This document shows, piece after piece, positions 10,401-21,289 of a DNA stretch of 64,000 nt. This DNA is from Octopus sinensis. Its lineage: Eukaryota. The stretch covers positions 97,216,001 through 97,280,000 of the forward strand of contig NC_042999.1 in assembly GCF_006345805.1 (NCBI RefSeq). The letters run 5' to 3'. The position numbers and the translations under genes are program-made. The notes beneath the pieces are model-generated. The model was given only the letters and a program-made list of their open reading frames with translations. It had not been told where the DNA came from and did not search any database. The first letter of the stretch is position 1. The number at the start of each line of letters is the position of its first letter.

Positions 10401-13400
10401 CCATCTGCCAAGCAAATGGGAAGCAGTAATTGAAGTAGATGGTGAATATGCTCCAGAATAATCATTTAAAGATGATTTTGTTACTTGTTGTTATTGTTTT
10501 TGTTGAATCATATTTGTTGAAAAAAAGCTGCAATAATTTATGCACCAACCCAATATTCCTCATTGTTGTTTAACAACCAAGTCAACACTGATCAAATAGA
10601 CCTATCAAGAAAAGCATTCTAGCCCTTTCTTACTATTTTTTCATATATAAGTTATTTAGGATCACATTCACCAACATAACCTACCATTTCCTTTAGATAT
10701 TAGAGGGTGTTTAGAGAGAGATTTTTTAGCCAACAAATTGAACTCCGTGGCAAATTACTCACTATATTCATTACATCATCCCAATACTTTACTAAATATG
10801 TATCTTTATTCTATCTAATTTGGTCCATCATCATCATCATTTAATGTCCATTGTCCATGCTGGTAGGTAAATAAATGACATGTCAAGTACCTACTGTATT
10901 GTCTTAATTCATTGTCTTCACTCATGGTGCTGAATTTAAATACTTCCCAAGGTTGCCATATAATAGACAGATTCACTGAGATATTAATGAACTGAATCAG
11001 TAACATATTTACAATTCATGGTTGTAGCAGTTTCAGTTCACTTACAATGCTTTAACATCATAACTTTGGTTTCTGTTTCACTAAAAATATTAAGTTTCAA
11101 TGCCTACTGCATGGAGGCCCTGGGAAATATCTCTAGTGTACTCTCCCAGAAATGCAACTGAAAGATAAAGTTTTTCTTTTTTTTTTTCTTTTTGCATAGC
11201 TGCAGAAATGAAGGATAGGTTGTATTGAGATTACACTGAATTACAACTAGTTGTATGGTTAAAATACTAGAATCCTGACTACGTGGTCACAAAATATACC
11301 TTACTGTAATTTCAAATCATGACCAAGTCCTTTGTACTCCTGAACAAGATATCGTATGTCTCAGTCAACCTATCTGACACAAAAAGTACCATTTTCACTT
11401 CATAGTAAGTAATTAGTAGTCAGAACATCCAACTACAGAAATAGTGGTTATAACAAATATCCCATTTGAAGCATAAATAAATGGATAGAAAACAGCAAAG
11501 AGTAGAAAAAAGAAAAAAGACCTATAAACAATGTAATATTTCGTTTGTCAAGAAGTAACTCGCTATATTATATTTTCCTCTGAAACATCATAATAAACGT
11601 GCTTTATGCAGGTTTCTCTCAATAAAACAATATATTTCTAATAGTAAAACAACTACCATTCAATATCCAAAGCTAATAAGTAATTCTTTTTACCTGTTAA
11701 CAGAAACTAGTGATACTTACTTGGACTGTCATGGATGTGTGTTATTATTGGTCTTTTAGGTTCTTCATACTTTGGTCTGGTTTCTATGATCGTTTTTGCC
11801 CGGTCACACAATTCTGTTTGGAAACGGTGTTGTAGATCTATCATCTTTTGTGTAGCCATCAAACAGTTAGTTTGCTGAGAAAACAAAATATCAATGACTA
11901 GTTCTTTAGACGGAAACAGATTCAAAATGAAATAGCAGATGTAGTGATTAACCTGTGACAGCATCCTCATCATGTGAAATGACAAACGTCCAACTCTTCG
12001 TTTTTTACCTCACTCCTTAGAAGGTTCTACATTTAATTCAATATAAAGCACCAAGTAAATTCATAAAGTTTAATTTAACAACCTTCTAAAATTTGATACA
12101 ATGAAGGAATTTCCACAAATTTGCTTGACTTACTCAATATAGCAATTAAATTTCCTTTTGACAACTCCTTACCCTATTTAAAATGGAGGTTACATATTTA
12201 CATCTTAAACTTTAGAACAGAATATTCTATGAGAATGAAACAATATTGATCAAATGATTGTTTGATTAGCTACTTCTATGCAAAGCCGAACTTAAGTCAT
12301 CCAGAAACAACTTCTCTTCACTCTCAATATACAACATTTTGTTACGCAAAATAAATCTCCTTGGGTTACATTGACCAATGACTTTATAAGCTGGCCCCTT
12401 TCTTATGGACATCATTCACACTCAGTCTGTATAACAAATTCCTGAAAATGGCATTAGAGAAATGCAGCCTAGCAAGCCTAGCAAAAAAATGTAGTTCATA
12501 AAGGTTAAATTTTATCTGAATAATGTTTACTTTCCTATATTCAACTGTAATCTTTCAAATTTCTTGTAAATACACACAACTTTCAACTAAAACCACCAGC
12601 CTTCTAACTTTCAAAAAAAAAAATTTTCCAACCATCAACAGAAACAGAACTTAAGGAAACAGTTGAGAAGGAGCTTACCTTATCACGGTAAAAGTACAAA
12701 TCAGCTGGAGAACACCTTATCCAAGCTGGAGTATCACTTTTTTCAGTTTTTTCTTTTTTGTACTCCTTCCGCAGAGGTTCAGGAGATTCTGGTTTCTCAG
12801 GCCGTCTTGGCTTCTTCGTTTCTCTAGAGATGTAACCCATTAAAAACATATTAATACCCTGCTTCAATAAGTAAGCATATAAGGTAATGGTATGGCAAGA
12901 CAGTTTTGTAAGCTTAGATCTCATAAGGTTGAGTAGCATGGTATTATCTGTTGGTACAGCATGACACTGGGTGAAGGTGAGAGAGAGTAACCTAAAATAT
13001 GTTATGATTGCCAGTGTGTAATATACACACTTGCCCACAGTAAGTGTCTTCTACTACAGCCATGGGCTGTACAAAGCCTTGTAAGTATATTTTATATATA
13101 TATTCTTTTCTTCTTGTACTTGTTTCAGTCATTTGACTGCAGCCATGCTGGAGCACTGCCTTTAGTCAAACAAATTGGCCTCAAGACTTATTCTTTGTAA
13201 GTCTAGTACTTATTATATCAGTCTCTTTTGCTGAACCACTAAGATATCGGGACTTAGACACACCAACATTGGTTGTCTAGTGATAGTGGAAAGGATACAC
13301 ACACACACACACAAATACATTAACACTATACATATCTATATATATGATAAGGAAAAGTGTGGTAGATATAATACATTATAATATTCTTGTTAGTCATAAT

Positions 13401-16400
13401 TGCTGCTGCTGTGCTACATCATTTGGTATGTCATTAGTGTTTAGATATAACATATCATGGTTTTGTTATTGTATAATATAGTGTTCCATGCAATGACCTG
13501 AACATGGTATAATACGGTATGATAAAACATAACAGTGACAAACTGCAAAATAGACTACTCTCAGTTGAGTGGTATAACATGCAGTTATTGTATGTGTGGT
13601 GATATTCTGCATGTGAAATAACTACGTTAACATGTATATATCTTCAACGCAAGTGTATTAATACACATGTCATCTCAGTTTCTGTCCTTTAATATTTACT
13701 TTCTACTTCAAATTTTTCAATTCAAGATTAACACTTGTTATAGTCAAACTTTAGTGGTTTTTATTACCTTTCTACTACTATACTGAAATGATTAGACTTC
13801 AAACAGAAATTAATGTCATACAGTATGTATTATGTACACCATTCTACGATATGGTTACATTATTGTAGGTTACACACCAATATAATATAGCAATGGTATG
13901 GACTATTGCTCAACAGCTCTATATGGTACATTACAAAACAATATTTATTAAATGGTACAATATGCTACACATCAGTATGGTATGATATACTACACTATGC
14001 TACATAGTAGTATGGTATATTACCCTATGATATAATAAGATATAACATGCAACAACAAAGTCTACTGACAACTTACCTGCTCTCTCGTGAATCACTCTCT
14101 TTACTCCAAGATCTTTTCTTACTACTAGAACTAGACACTGAGCTGGACCCAAGAGCTGGACTTCGACGATGATCTCTTCTCTCACTAGTTTTTTCACTTT
14201 TTCTCGGTGATGGTGACCTTGATCTGTGTCTACTGGAATATGGAAGTATGTCTTGTTAGTTAAGACCTCAGCTGCAGATATATCAGCAATCGGAGTAGTA
14301 GAGATAACAAAACAATGACAGAATAATGCCGCTGCTGTTGAACCCAGAGTGAAGCTTGAGCAAGCTGACCTATGATCAAAACATTCCAACCATAATCAGC
14401 CTGTCATTTTTATATTTCCAGGACTAGTTTGCATAACTAGGTGTGTAGAAAAAACAATACCTGAAGATAACTAGAGAATATATATCACTGAAAACATAAT
14501 GGAGAAAACAGAAAACAAAAGATGATGTAAATGGTTCGGAGAATCCCATTATACTTTAACCTGTCAGCATTTAAACCAGCCATATCTGGCCAAAATATTC
14601 TGTTTTATGTTCAAACTGGCTGGATCTGGCCTCTCACACCTACCCTATAATGTCATTCTAGAAATAAATAATCTATCATTTAAATCTCAAAGGTATGAGA
14701 TAAGGCATGATTAATTTCAAACAATGTGAATAAATAAGCATTACATTTGACAGAGCAATCTGAATGCTAAAGGGTTAAGAATACATATTCTCTTACCTTG
14801 GTCTGCTCCAAGAACTACTGTGTTTTTCATTGTCTTTTCTTCTTGAATAATGTGGCGATTCTGACCGTGGTTCATACAGTCGCTTTCTCTCTTTGCTCTT
14901 CGAGTGGTGACTACTAATACTATTACTGGAGTTCAGTGAAGTGCCATACATGCCTTTACTTGTTCCACTAGAACTATAGGATGACAGAGTCGAGCCACTG
15001 GATATCTTTTCTCGATCACAACGCACTGGACACAGGAGACTGCTGCCATTCTTGCAATGCAGTGATGACAATGAGGAAGAAGAATTTGAAGAGAAGTGGG
15101 AGCTGTCTCTTTCTCGATCCCTATCACGGTCACGGTCTCTGTCACGGTCGCGGTCTCGATCTCGGTCCCTGTCTCTGTCTCTGTCTCGATTCAAGTCCCT
15201 TTCTCGGTCACCACGGTCCCTGTCACGGTCTCGACTGACACCACAACCGCTTATGTACGAACTGCACATGCTATTGTGCATCCCATGCTGATGGCTCTCA
15301 CAGCCTTTCAATGAGATCACAGGGATTGCTTCACCAACACCACTGCCACTGCATTCCCCACCATCTGTCAACAATGGCGGGTTTGATTTGGGGTGTCCCA
15401 AGGGTGGGCCATGGTACATGCTGCTACCATTATTGTGAATGTTGTTATTGTTAATGTTGTTATTCGTCCCTGAACCACTCCCTGGTCCTATGCAGGCCCT
15501 ACCTAGGGGAGGAAGGGGTGGAGGGGGCTGCTGCTTCTGGCCTGTAGATGGAACACTCCCTGGAGACTTCCACTGTGGGAAGTGGTTGGGTCTGGAAGCC
15601 ATACTGCTGTGGACAGGATATGTGGTGGGGTATGACCCACTCCAGACATTAGGATATGGTTGGCACAGTGGGGCTGTTGCCGCTGCAGCAGCTGCTGCTG
15701 CTGCCGCTGCTGCTACAGGGCCAATCAGAGATGTAGGTGGTGGAAGGGGTGGTAGGGGAGGTGGTGGCACAGACACACCCACCGTCACACACCCACTAGG
15801 ATTGTTTGGTGGAAACGGGGGCATCCCTAAGGAGCCAGGTAATGGTGGTGGAGGAGGCGGGGGACCCCCAGAGGGTACATATCCACCTACCCCACTGCCA
15901 ATGCTCTGTGATGGAAGTGGTACCGGAGGTGGTGGACCGACTGGTGGTGGAGGTGGAGGAGGAACAGAAACGCCACTACCCTGAGGTGGGAGAGACAGTG
16001 GGTGTTGAGGTGGAACAACTGGAGCAGCTTGTCGGTTGGGAGCATTAATGAGCTGAGGTGGTGGAGAGCTGAGGTAGTTGACAGGATGTACAGCAAGCTG
16101 GAAAAAAAAATAAGATAAACTAAGTCCTGGGATATGCATGAATATAGAAATACTACTATAATCATCATCATCATCGTTTAACGTCCGTTTTCCATGCTAG
16201 CATGGGTTGGACGGTTCAAATGGGAAGCCAGTAGGCTGCACCAGGCCCAGTCTGATCTGGCAATGTTTCTACAGCTGGATGCCCTTCCTAACGCCAACCA
16301 CTCCGTGAGTGTAGTGGGTGCTTTTTACGTGCCACCTGCACAGGTGCCAGAGAAGGCTGGCAAACAGCCATGATCGGATGGTGCTTTTTACGTGCCACCG

Positions 16401-19400
16401 GCACGGGGGCCAGACAAGGTTGGCAATGGCCACAATCGGATGGTGCTTTTTATGTGCCATAATAATAATAATAATAATGATGATGATGATGATGATTTCA
16501 AATTTTTCACACAAGACCAGCAATTTACAAGGAAAAGAAAGTCGATTACATCAACCCCAGTGATCAGCTGATACTAATTTTATCAACCCTGAAAAGATAA
16601 AAGACAAAGTCAACCTTGGCAGAATTTGAATTTAGAACGTGAAGACAGATGAAATGTCACTAAGCATTTTGCCCAGCGTGCTAACAATTCTGCCAGCATG
16701 ATGATGAGAAGAAGAAGAAGAACACCAACAACAACAACAGTGGTGGCACAGATGCAACAACAACAACAACAACAAAGCACAGATGTTCACTTTCCAATCA
16801 CATGGTTCCAAGTTCAGTTCCACAGCATTGTACCTAAGGCAAGTGTTTTATACTATCAACCCAGGCCAACCAAACCCTTGTGAGTGAATTTGTGTCTTTA
16901 TTTATGTCAATGCCCTACAAAGTTTGCAAGCTTGAAGCAGTGATGTTGTCACTTCCTTCATCAACAAATCGCCTGCTAGCTTTGAGAACAGGTAAGGATA
17001 GCAACAGGAAAGGTGTCCAGTTATAAAACAATGCCTCAATAATATATTCATCTAACCCATACTAGAACAGAGAAAGAGATATAAAAACAAATGAACAACA
17101 ATAATAACAATAGTTTCAAATTTTGGCACAGGCCAGCAGCTCTTTTGTCTTTTTTAAAGGGAGGGGGAAGTCAATTACAGTGACCCCAGTACTAGAATGG
17201 CACTTATTTTATCAATCATGAAAGTATGAAAGGCAAAGTCAACCTTGGTGGATTTTGAACTCAGAACATAAAAACAAACAAAATGTTGTTATGCATAGCT
17301 GCATTTCGTCTGGCTTGCTAACAGTTCTGCCAGCTCACCACCTTAACAGCAACAACAATAATGGTTTCTGATTTAAGTACAAGGCCAGCAATCTGGGAGG
17401 AGTTGGCCAATAAAATCAACTCCAGTACTTGACTGGTACTTTATTTTATTAACCCTGGAGGAATGTAAGGCAAAATTGACCTTGATGAGATTTGAACTCA
17501 AAACATAAACAGCTAATAATTATATCAATTCACCACCTTAAATAATAATATTGTAATTGAAAGAATAAAGGCAAAGTGAGGCCTACAAGATGAAACTAAA
17601 TAGAGTACAACATTAAGACCAGTATCACTGTATTTTCCAGCATTCAAGTCGAATTTTTCAGACCAAAATTTACAGCCCCCAAAATTAGTCAACTCACACC
17701 ATGATGACTTTGGAAAACTAAAAATTCAATGTGAAATATATGAGGGTTTGAAAACAGTGGTAATGTTTGAATATTTACACTACAAACTATGTTGACTTGT
17801 ATGCTGAAAAACAATATACTAATTCTACCTTCAACTGTTTTTGTAATCACTCCTAAACAGTGATACATTGTATTACTACAACAGGGAACATTTGTAAAGG
17901 GTGAATACAGGAAATTATACAAGATTGGGACTTAACCTAAAAAGGAAGAAAAGCAATGTCAATCTCCATAAAATTTGATCACAAGATATACAATGATATG
18001 ATGATACTTTTAAGCATTTAGACCAGACTCTTCAATCAAAGTTGACCTAGCATTAAACAATGCATGTTATATACATTCACAAATTGTATATGCTCATCCT
18101 CAAATTCTCACTTAACTTTTCTCCTAAAACTATGACCTTTCTTTGGATCAATCAATGCTCATATCTTACTGTAAATAACAATCTGCAGAAGATCATCCTA
18201 AATATCAAATACTATGATTTTAGCAATCTGAGAAATCTTGCAAAGATTATGAGCACTACACATTCTATTTTGACTAAATAATTCTAATTAGTAATATCTA
18301 TTGATTTTGAAATTACTCAGGGCTTGTTTTTAGTGATGTATATTTAATCAAAATGATTTAATCAACCCAGTAATGGACTGGGTTGATTAAATAAGTCCAA
18401 TCAACTCGTGTGATTTGAACTTAAAATGCAAAGAGATGTAGCCAAATAGTACAGTATTTTATCCAGTATTCTACCAGTTCTGCTATCCGATAATTTAATA
18501 ATAATATTTATATTATTATTATTATAAAAGCAGTTACTATTCATCTTTTACTTGTTTCAATCTTTGGAACTGTGGCCATGCTAGGGCACAGCTTTGACAG
18601 GTTTAGTCAAACAAATCGACTCTACTACTTATTTTTTGTGAGCCTGTTACTTATTCTAAACTGTCTGGTTATGGGAATGTAAACAAACCAACAGCGATTG
18701 TCTAACAGTGGTTGGAACAAAAAACAAATACACAAACACTGTGTGTGTGTAAAGATAGATCCAAGGATCAAAGTGTAGGAAGTAAGCCTAGAAGGTATGA
18801 AAAACAACTTAAAGGAACAATAGTAGTTTATTGACGTGGAAGGTTGTAAATTTTTCAACATCAAAGTTCGATGAGCTGGAAAAAGTTATTTTATAGTGCA
18901 CGTTTAGCAACTGAGGTTGCTAATATGGGATCCCTTGACGACAATGTAACCTTCATTTGGCAAAGGTAACTTAGGTCTGATGTGTAGCTGGTGGAGCACC
19001 CCTCGTTGTGTAATTATTACTTCTGAGGTTCTGCTAGCTAGGAAACATATGTAGCCTGGAGTTTACCTACTCCATTTACTAAATTAGTGGTTAGGGCATT
19101 CGGCTCACGATCGTAAGGTCGTGAGTTCAATTCCCGGCGACGTGTTGGGTCCTTGAGCAAGACATTTTATTTCACGTTGCTCCAGTCTACTCAGTCTAGT
19201 CCAGTCTACACGTGTCTGTGGAGTGCTCAGCCACTTGCACGTTAATTTCACGAGCAAGCGGATCTATTCAGTTTCAATCTGAATAGATCCGAGCAAGCTG
19301 TTCTGTTTATCGTATCAGCTGGGACCCTCTCGTCATCAAAACCGACAGTGCTCCTATATATATATATATATATGACGGGTTTCTTTCAGTTTCCACCAAC

Positions 19401-20153
19401 CAAATCTACTCACAAAGTTGCTCTCTTAAATAGGAAAAAAAAAATTCCTATTCTTGTTTTAACAAAGCCTAAACTGAGTATTTTCTTTTATTATCAATTC
19501 GAAAGGATTCAGTTCATATGAAAGATAAAAAAAAAAAAAAGCAAGTGGACGGAGGATGGTTCAAAGAAGACATGTGACAAACCTAGAAGTGCACAAATAC
19601 GATGACACAAAATTAAAACAAAAAATTTTACTGCAGATTTGCCTAATTCATGCTATCAAAAAAAAAATGTTATAATTATAATGATGACTGTGACAGTGGT
19701 GTAATAAATGAAGCTATTAGGGTTGTATTGTAGCCAATTCTGCTTCATTATGATAGAAAATGCCCTTTGAAGCATTATTAGCCTCTATCGCGGACACATT
19801 TTTTGATACAACAGCTCCATAACAGCAGACAGATTCCAATTATAACAGCTGATATTCTTCTCCCACGAAAACATCTGATTGGACAGGTCTATTTGATACC
19901 GCAATTTTCGCACATGTTTGCCCTTCCATACACCATAATTTCGATATCTTTGGAATTTTAGAAAACAAAATTCAAATAAAGACAAGGGAACCATGACTAA
20001 CCTCAGGACAATATTGAGTGAACTTTGCGTTGCTGCATTACCAAAGCAAAAGAACCAGCTAGTAGTTGCTACCCTAGTAGTTACAATAGTTGAAAAGATG
20101 ATCCTATATGTACAACAGATTTGTACTAATGTGCAGGTGTAATAAATGGATAG

Positions 20154-20244
<91 letters not shown>

Positions 20245-21289
20245 TGTATAAACGCACATATTAACAAGATTGAGAGAGCACTGCAATGCAACAAGTCGCA
20301 AATGGCAAAATCTATTTTTCTAAATAGCATTCGCTACTATATAGTATTGCATAACGGGACAAAATACATTGCTGACGGAAGATCAAAGACGATGTGTGTG
20401 AATACACATAAATAATATCATAATTTGCACTTTCCATATCAATTCGAGCACTCATCTGAATTCCCGCTTATAATTACTAATAAACAGCCCTAAAATAGTA
20501 AAAGAAAAAAGTTATAAGGACAAGAATGAGTGTTGGCGGGTGGATGTATTTGTGTAAATATATAATTATATACATACATACAGACATTCAAAAGAAATCT
20601 TTTATCTGATACAAATCATCGCTTTATTTGCAGTGAGGGTACTGTTGATTAAATCGACTCCAGTTGTGATGTTTAAAACTGAATGAAAAGACTTCTGGCC
20701 AAATATCTTCGTTCATTTATCAGGACCAAAGTATTCAATAAACCTTTCCCTTTCTTTTAATGCTGTGTGATGTAATTTAAGAAGAAAATTAGCTGTTATA
20801 TCTAGCGTGTTAAAAGGCTGTGTATAGGTTGGCTCTACTATTGATCAGAGTAGTCCTTTACATGAATTTATACATATACATATATTTATATAAAAATATT
20901 CGTATACTTAGCGTTAGGTAAACATACCAGTATTTTCCTTTACATAGGTATATTAAATAATTCGGTCTTTCCGTTGATTTGGCTCATAGACATTGGTTAT
21001 AGCTCCAACTAATTTTAAATTAGTTGCAGAGCACTCTCAGTGAATTAATGCTTCAATTAGACGAATTAGATATGCCTTGTGGGGGATATATCTAATTATC
21101 AAACATACACATACACACACATATATGTATATATATATATACACACACACACATACTCACACATATTATTTTTTAAAGCATGGTTAAATATTGCAAAATT
21201 GGACGAGAATATATATTCCATCAACTTACTCGAGGCTGTGGTACATAATTTGATCCACGAGATACAACGGGTCTCCCTCTATATGACAT
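1366..21289 (-). CDS. DROSHA: Ribonuclease III Drosha, 5' portion (spliced; continues beyond window start)
   Basis: Manually spliced exons, all GT-AG and phase-compatible: 21289-21230, 16097-14797, 14232(or 14229/14223)-14077, 12823-12679, 11874-11721, [4529-4479 optional], 4372-4233, 1750-1670, 1452-1366. The product has a Pro-rich then RS/RD-rich N-terminus, followed by PAWIRCS..., RKKRHPYRLHEELWYNDPGEMNDGPLCRCSLKARKTGIRHNIFPGEE and NNANRLYHYHITMSPSTNFL. These match the Drosha central domain as I recall it (human KRKKAHPDRLHDELWYNDPGQMNDGPLCKCSAKARRTGIRHSIYPGEE). Confidence 0.95.
1670..1750 (-). CDS. DROSHA: Drosha exon (MNDGPLCRCSLKARKTGIRHNIFPGEE)
   Basis: Conserved motif, 81 nt, phase 0-0. 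Confidence 0.95.
2388..3880 (-). mobile_element. Degraded RTE LINE (RT N-terminal part plus 3' UTR)
   Basis: 2970-3720 aligns with 63260-64000 (e.g. TCCCTGGCACAAACCCAAACTGCATCTCATCTAAACTAAC); 2388-2940 is the tail. Confidence 0.85.
4233..4372 (-). CDS. DROSHA: Drosha exon (acidic stretch ... HPYRLHEELWYNDPGE)
   Basis: Highly conserved Drosha motif, canonical splice sites. Confidence 0.95.
5014..5257 (-). repeat. Solo RTE 3'-tail copy
   Basis: CATCATCATTTAACGTCCGTTTTCCATGCTAGCATGGGTTGGACGG..., shared with the RTE tail at 61421-61800. Further copies at ~16162-16460, 29665-29970, 31787-32095 and 38875-39168. Confidence 0.85.
6108..6657 (+). mobile_element. CR1/L2-like LINE 3' end with (ATT)n tail
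   Basis: LEAVQRRATK...YPERL...LRRLAADL...TRGH...FFTLRV..AWNKLP, typical of the CR1-clade C-terminus. Confidence 0.85.
8430..8536 (+). ncRNA. Type I hammerhead ribozyme, copy 1 (predicted cleavage after GUA, A8528)
   Basis: Stem I ATTTCTTG/CAAGAAAT, core CTGAAGA, stem II ATCCG/CGGAT, GAAA, palindromic stem III CGGTATACCG, GUA triplet. Confidence 0.88.
8921..9028 (+). ncRNA. Type I hammerhead ribozyme, copy 2 (cleavage after A9020)
   Basis: Same motif; one extra T in loop 3 (CGGTTATACCG). Confidence 0.85.
9413..9519 (+). ncRNA. Type I hammerhead ribozyme, copy 3 (cleavage after A9511)
   Basis: Same motif as copy 1. Confidence 0.88.
9902..10008 (+). ncRNA. Type I hammerhead ribozyme, copy 4 (cleavage after A10000)
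   Basis: Same motif as copy 1. Confidence 0.88.
10300..10555. mobile_element. Non-autonomous mariner MITE
   Basis: Long TIRs TATTGGATTGGAGCATAA... / ...TTATGCACCAACCCAATA; internal remnant KWEAVIEVDGEY. Confidence 0.8.
11721..11874 (-). CDS. DROSHA: Drosha exon (QTNCLMATQKMIDLQHRFQTEL...)
   Basis: CAG acceptor, GTAAGT donor; similar to the human RLRDLYDKFEEEL...PWEPPK region. Confidence 0.88.
12679..12823 (-). CDS. DROSHA: Drosha exon (ETKKPRR...PAWIRCSPADLYFYRDK)
   Basis: TAG acceptor, GTAAG donor, conserved WIRC motif. Confidence 0.92.
14077..14232 (-). CDS. DROSHA: Drosha RS-rich exon (SRSPSPRKSEK...SRES)
   Basis: Phase 2-2, GTAAGT donor, three in-frame acceptor AGs. Confidence 0.85.
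14557..14778. mobile_element. TTAA-flanked MITE (piggyBac-type ends)
   Basis: TTAA-CCTGTCAGCATT ... AATGCTAAAGGG-TTAA; a related shorter copy lies at ~43896-44054. Confidence 0.7.
14797..16097 (-). CDS. DROSHA: Drosha large Pro-rich / RD-RS-rich exon (1301 nt)
   Basis: Lies within the 448-aa ORF 14793-16139; polypyrimidine+CAG acceptor and GTAAGA donor. Confidence 0.92.
19085..19353 (+). mobile_element. tRNA-derived SINE
   Basis: TAGTGGTTAGGG...GAGTTCAATTCCC...CTTGAGCAAGACA. Confidence 0.72.
21230..21289 (-). CDS. DROSHA: Drosha putative first coding exon (MSYRGRPVVSRGSNYVPQPR)
   Basis: ATG at 21289, 20 codons, strong GTAAGT donor in phase 0, matching the phase-0 acceptor at 16097. Confidence 0.75.

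Noticed and set aside
14933-16174. Overlapping ORFs on the + strand and alternative frames
   Set aside because: Shadows of the GC-rich low-complexity Drosha exon.
18890-18930. Possible minus-strand hammerhead remnant (palindrome GTGCAC next to hairpin TAGCAAC-TGAG-GTTGCTA)
   Set aside because: Neither CUGANGA nor GAAA is intact.
19085-19140. tRNA gene
   Set aside because: No full cloverleaf; it continues into a SINE body (same for 49988-50060).
19540-20415. ORFs spanning (TA)n; possible piggyBac remnant
   Set aside because: The ORFs are microsatellite-driven and transposase similarity is too weak to support.
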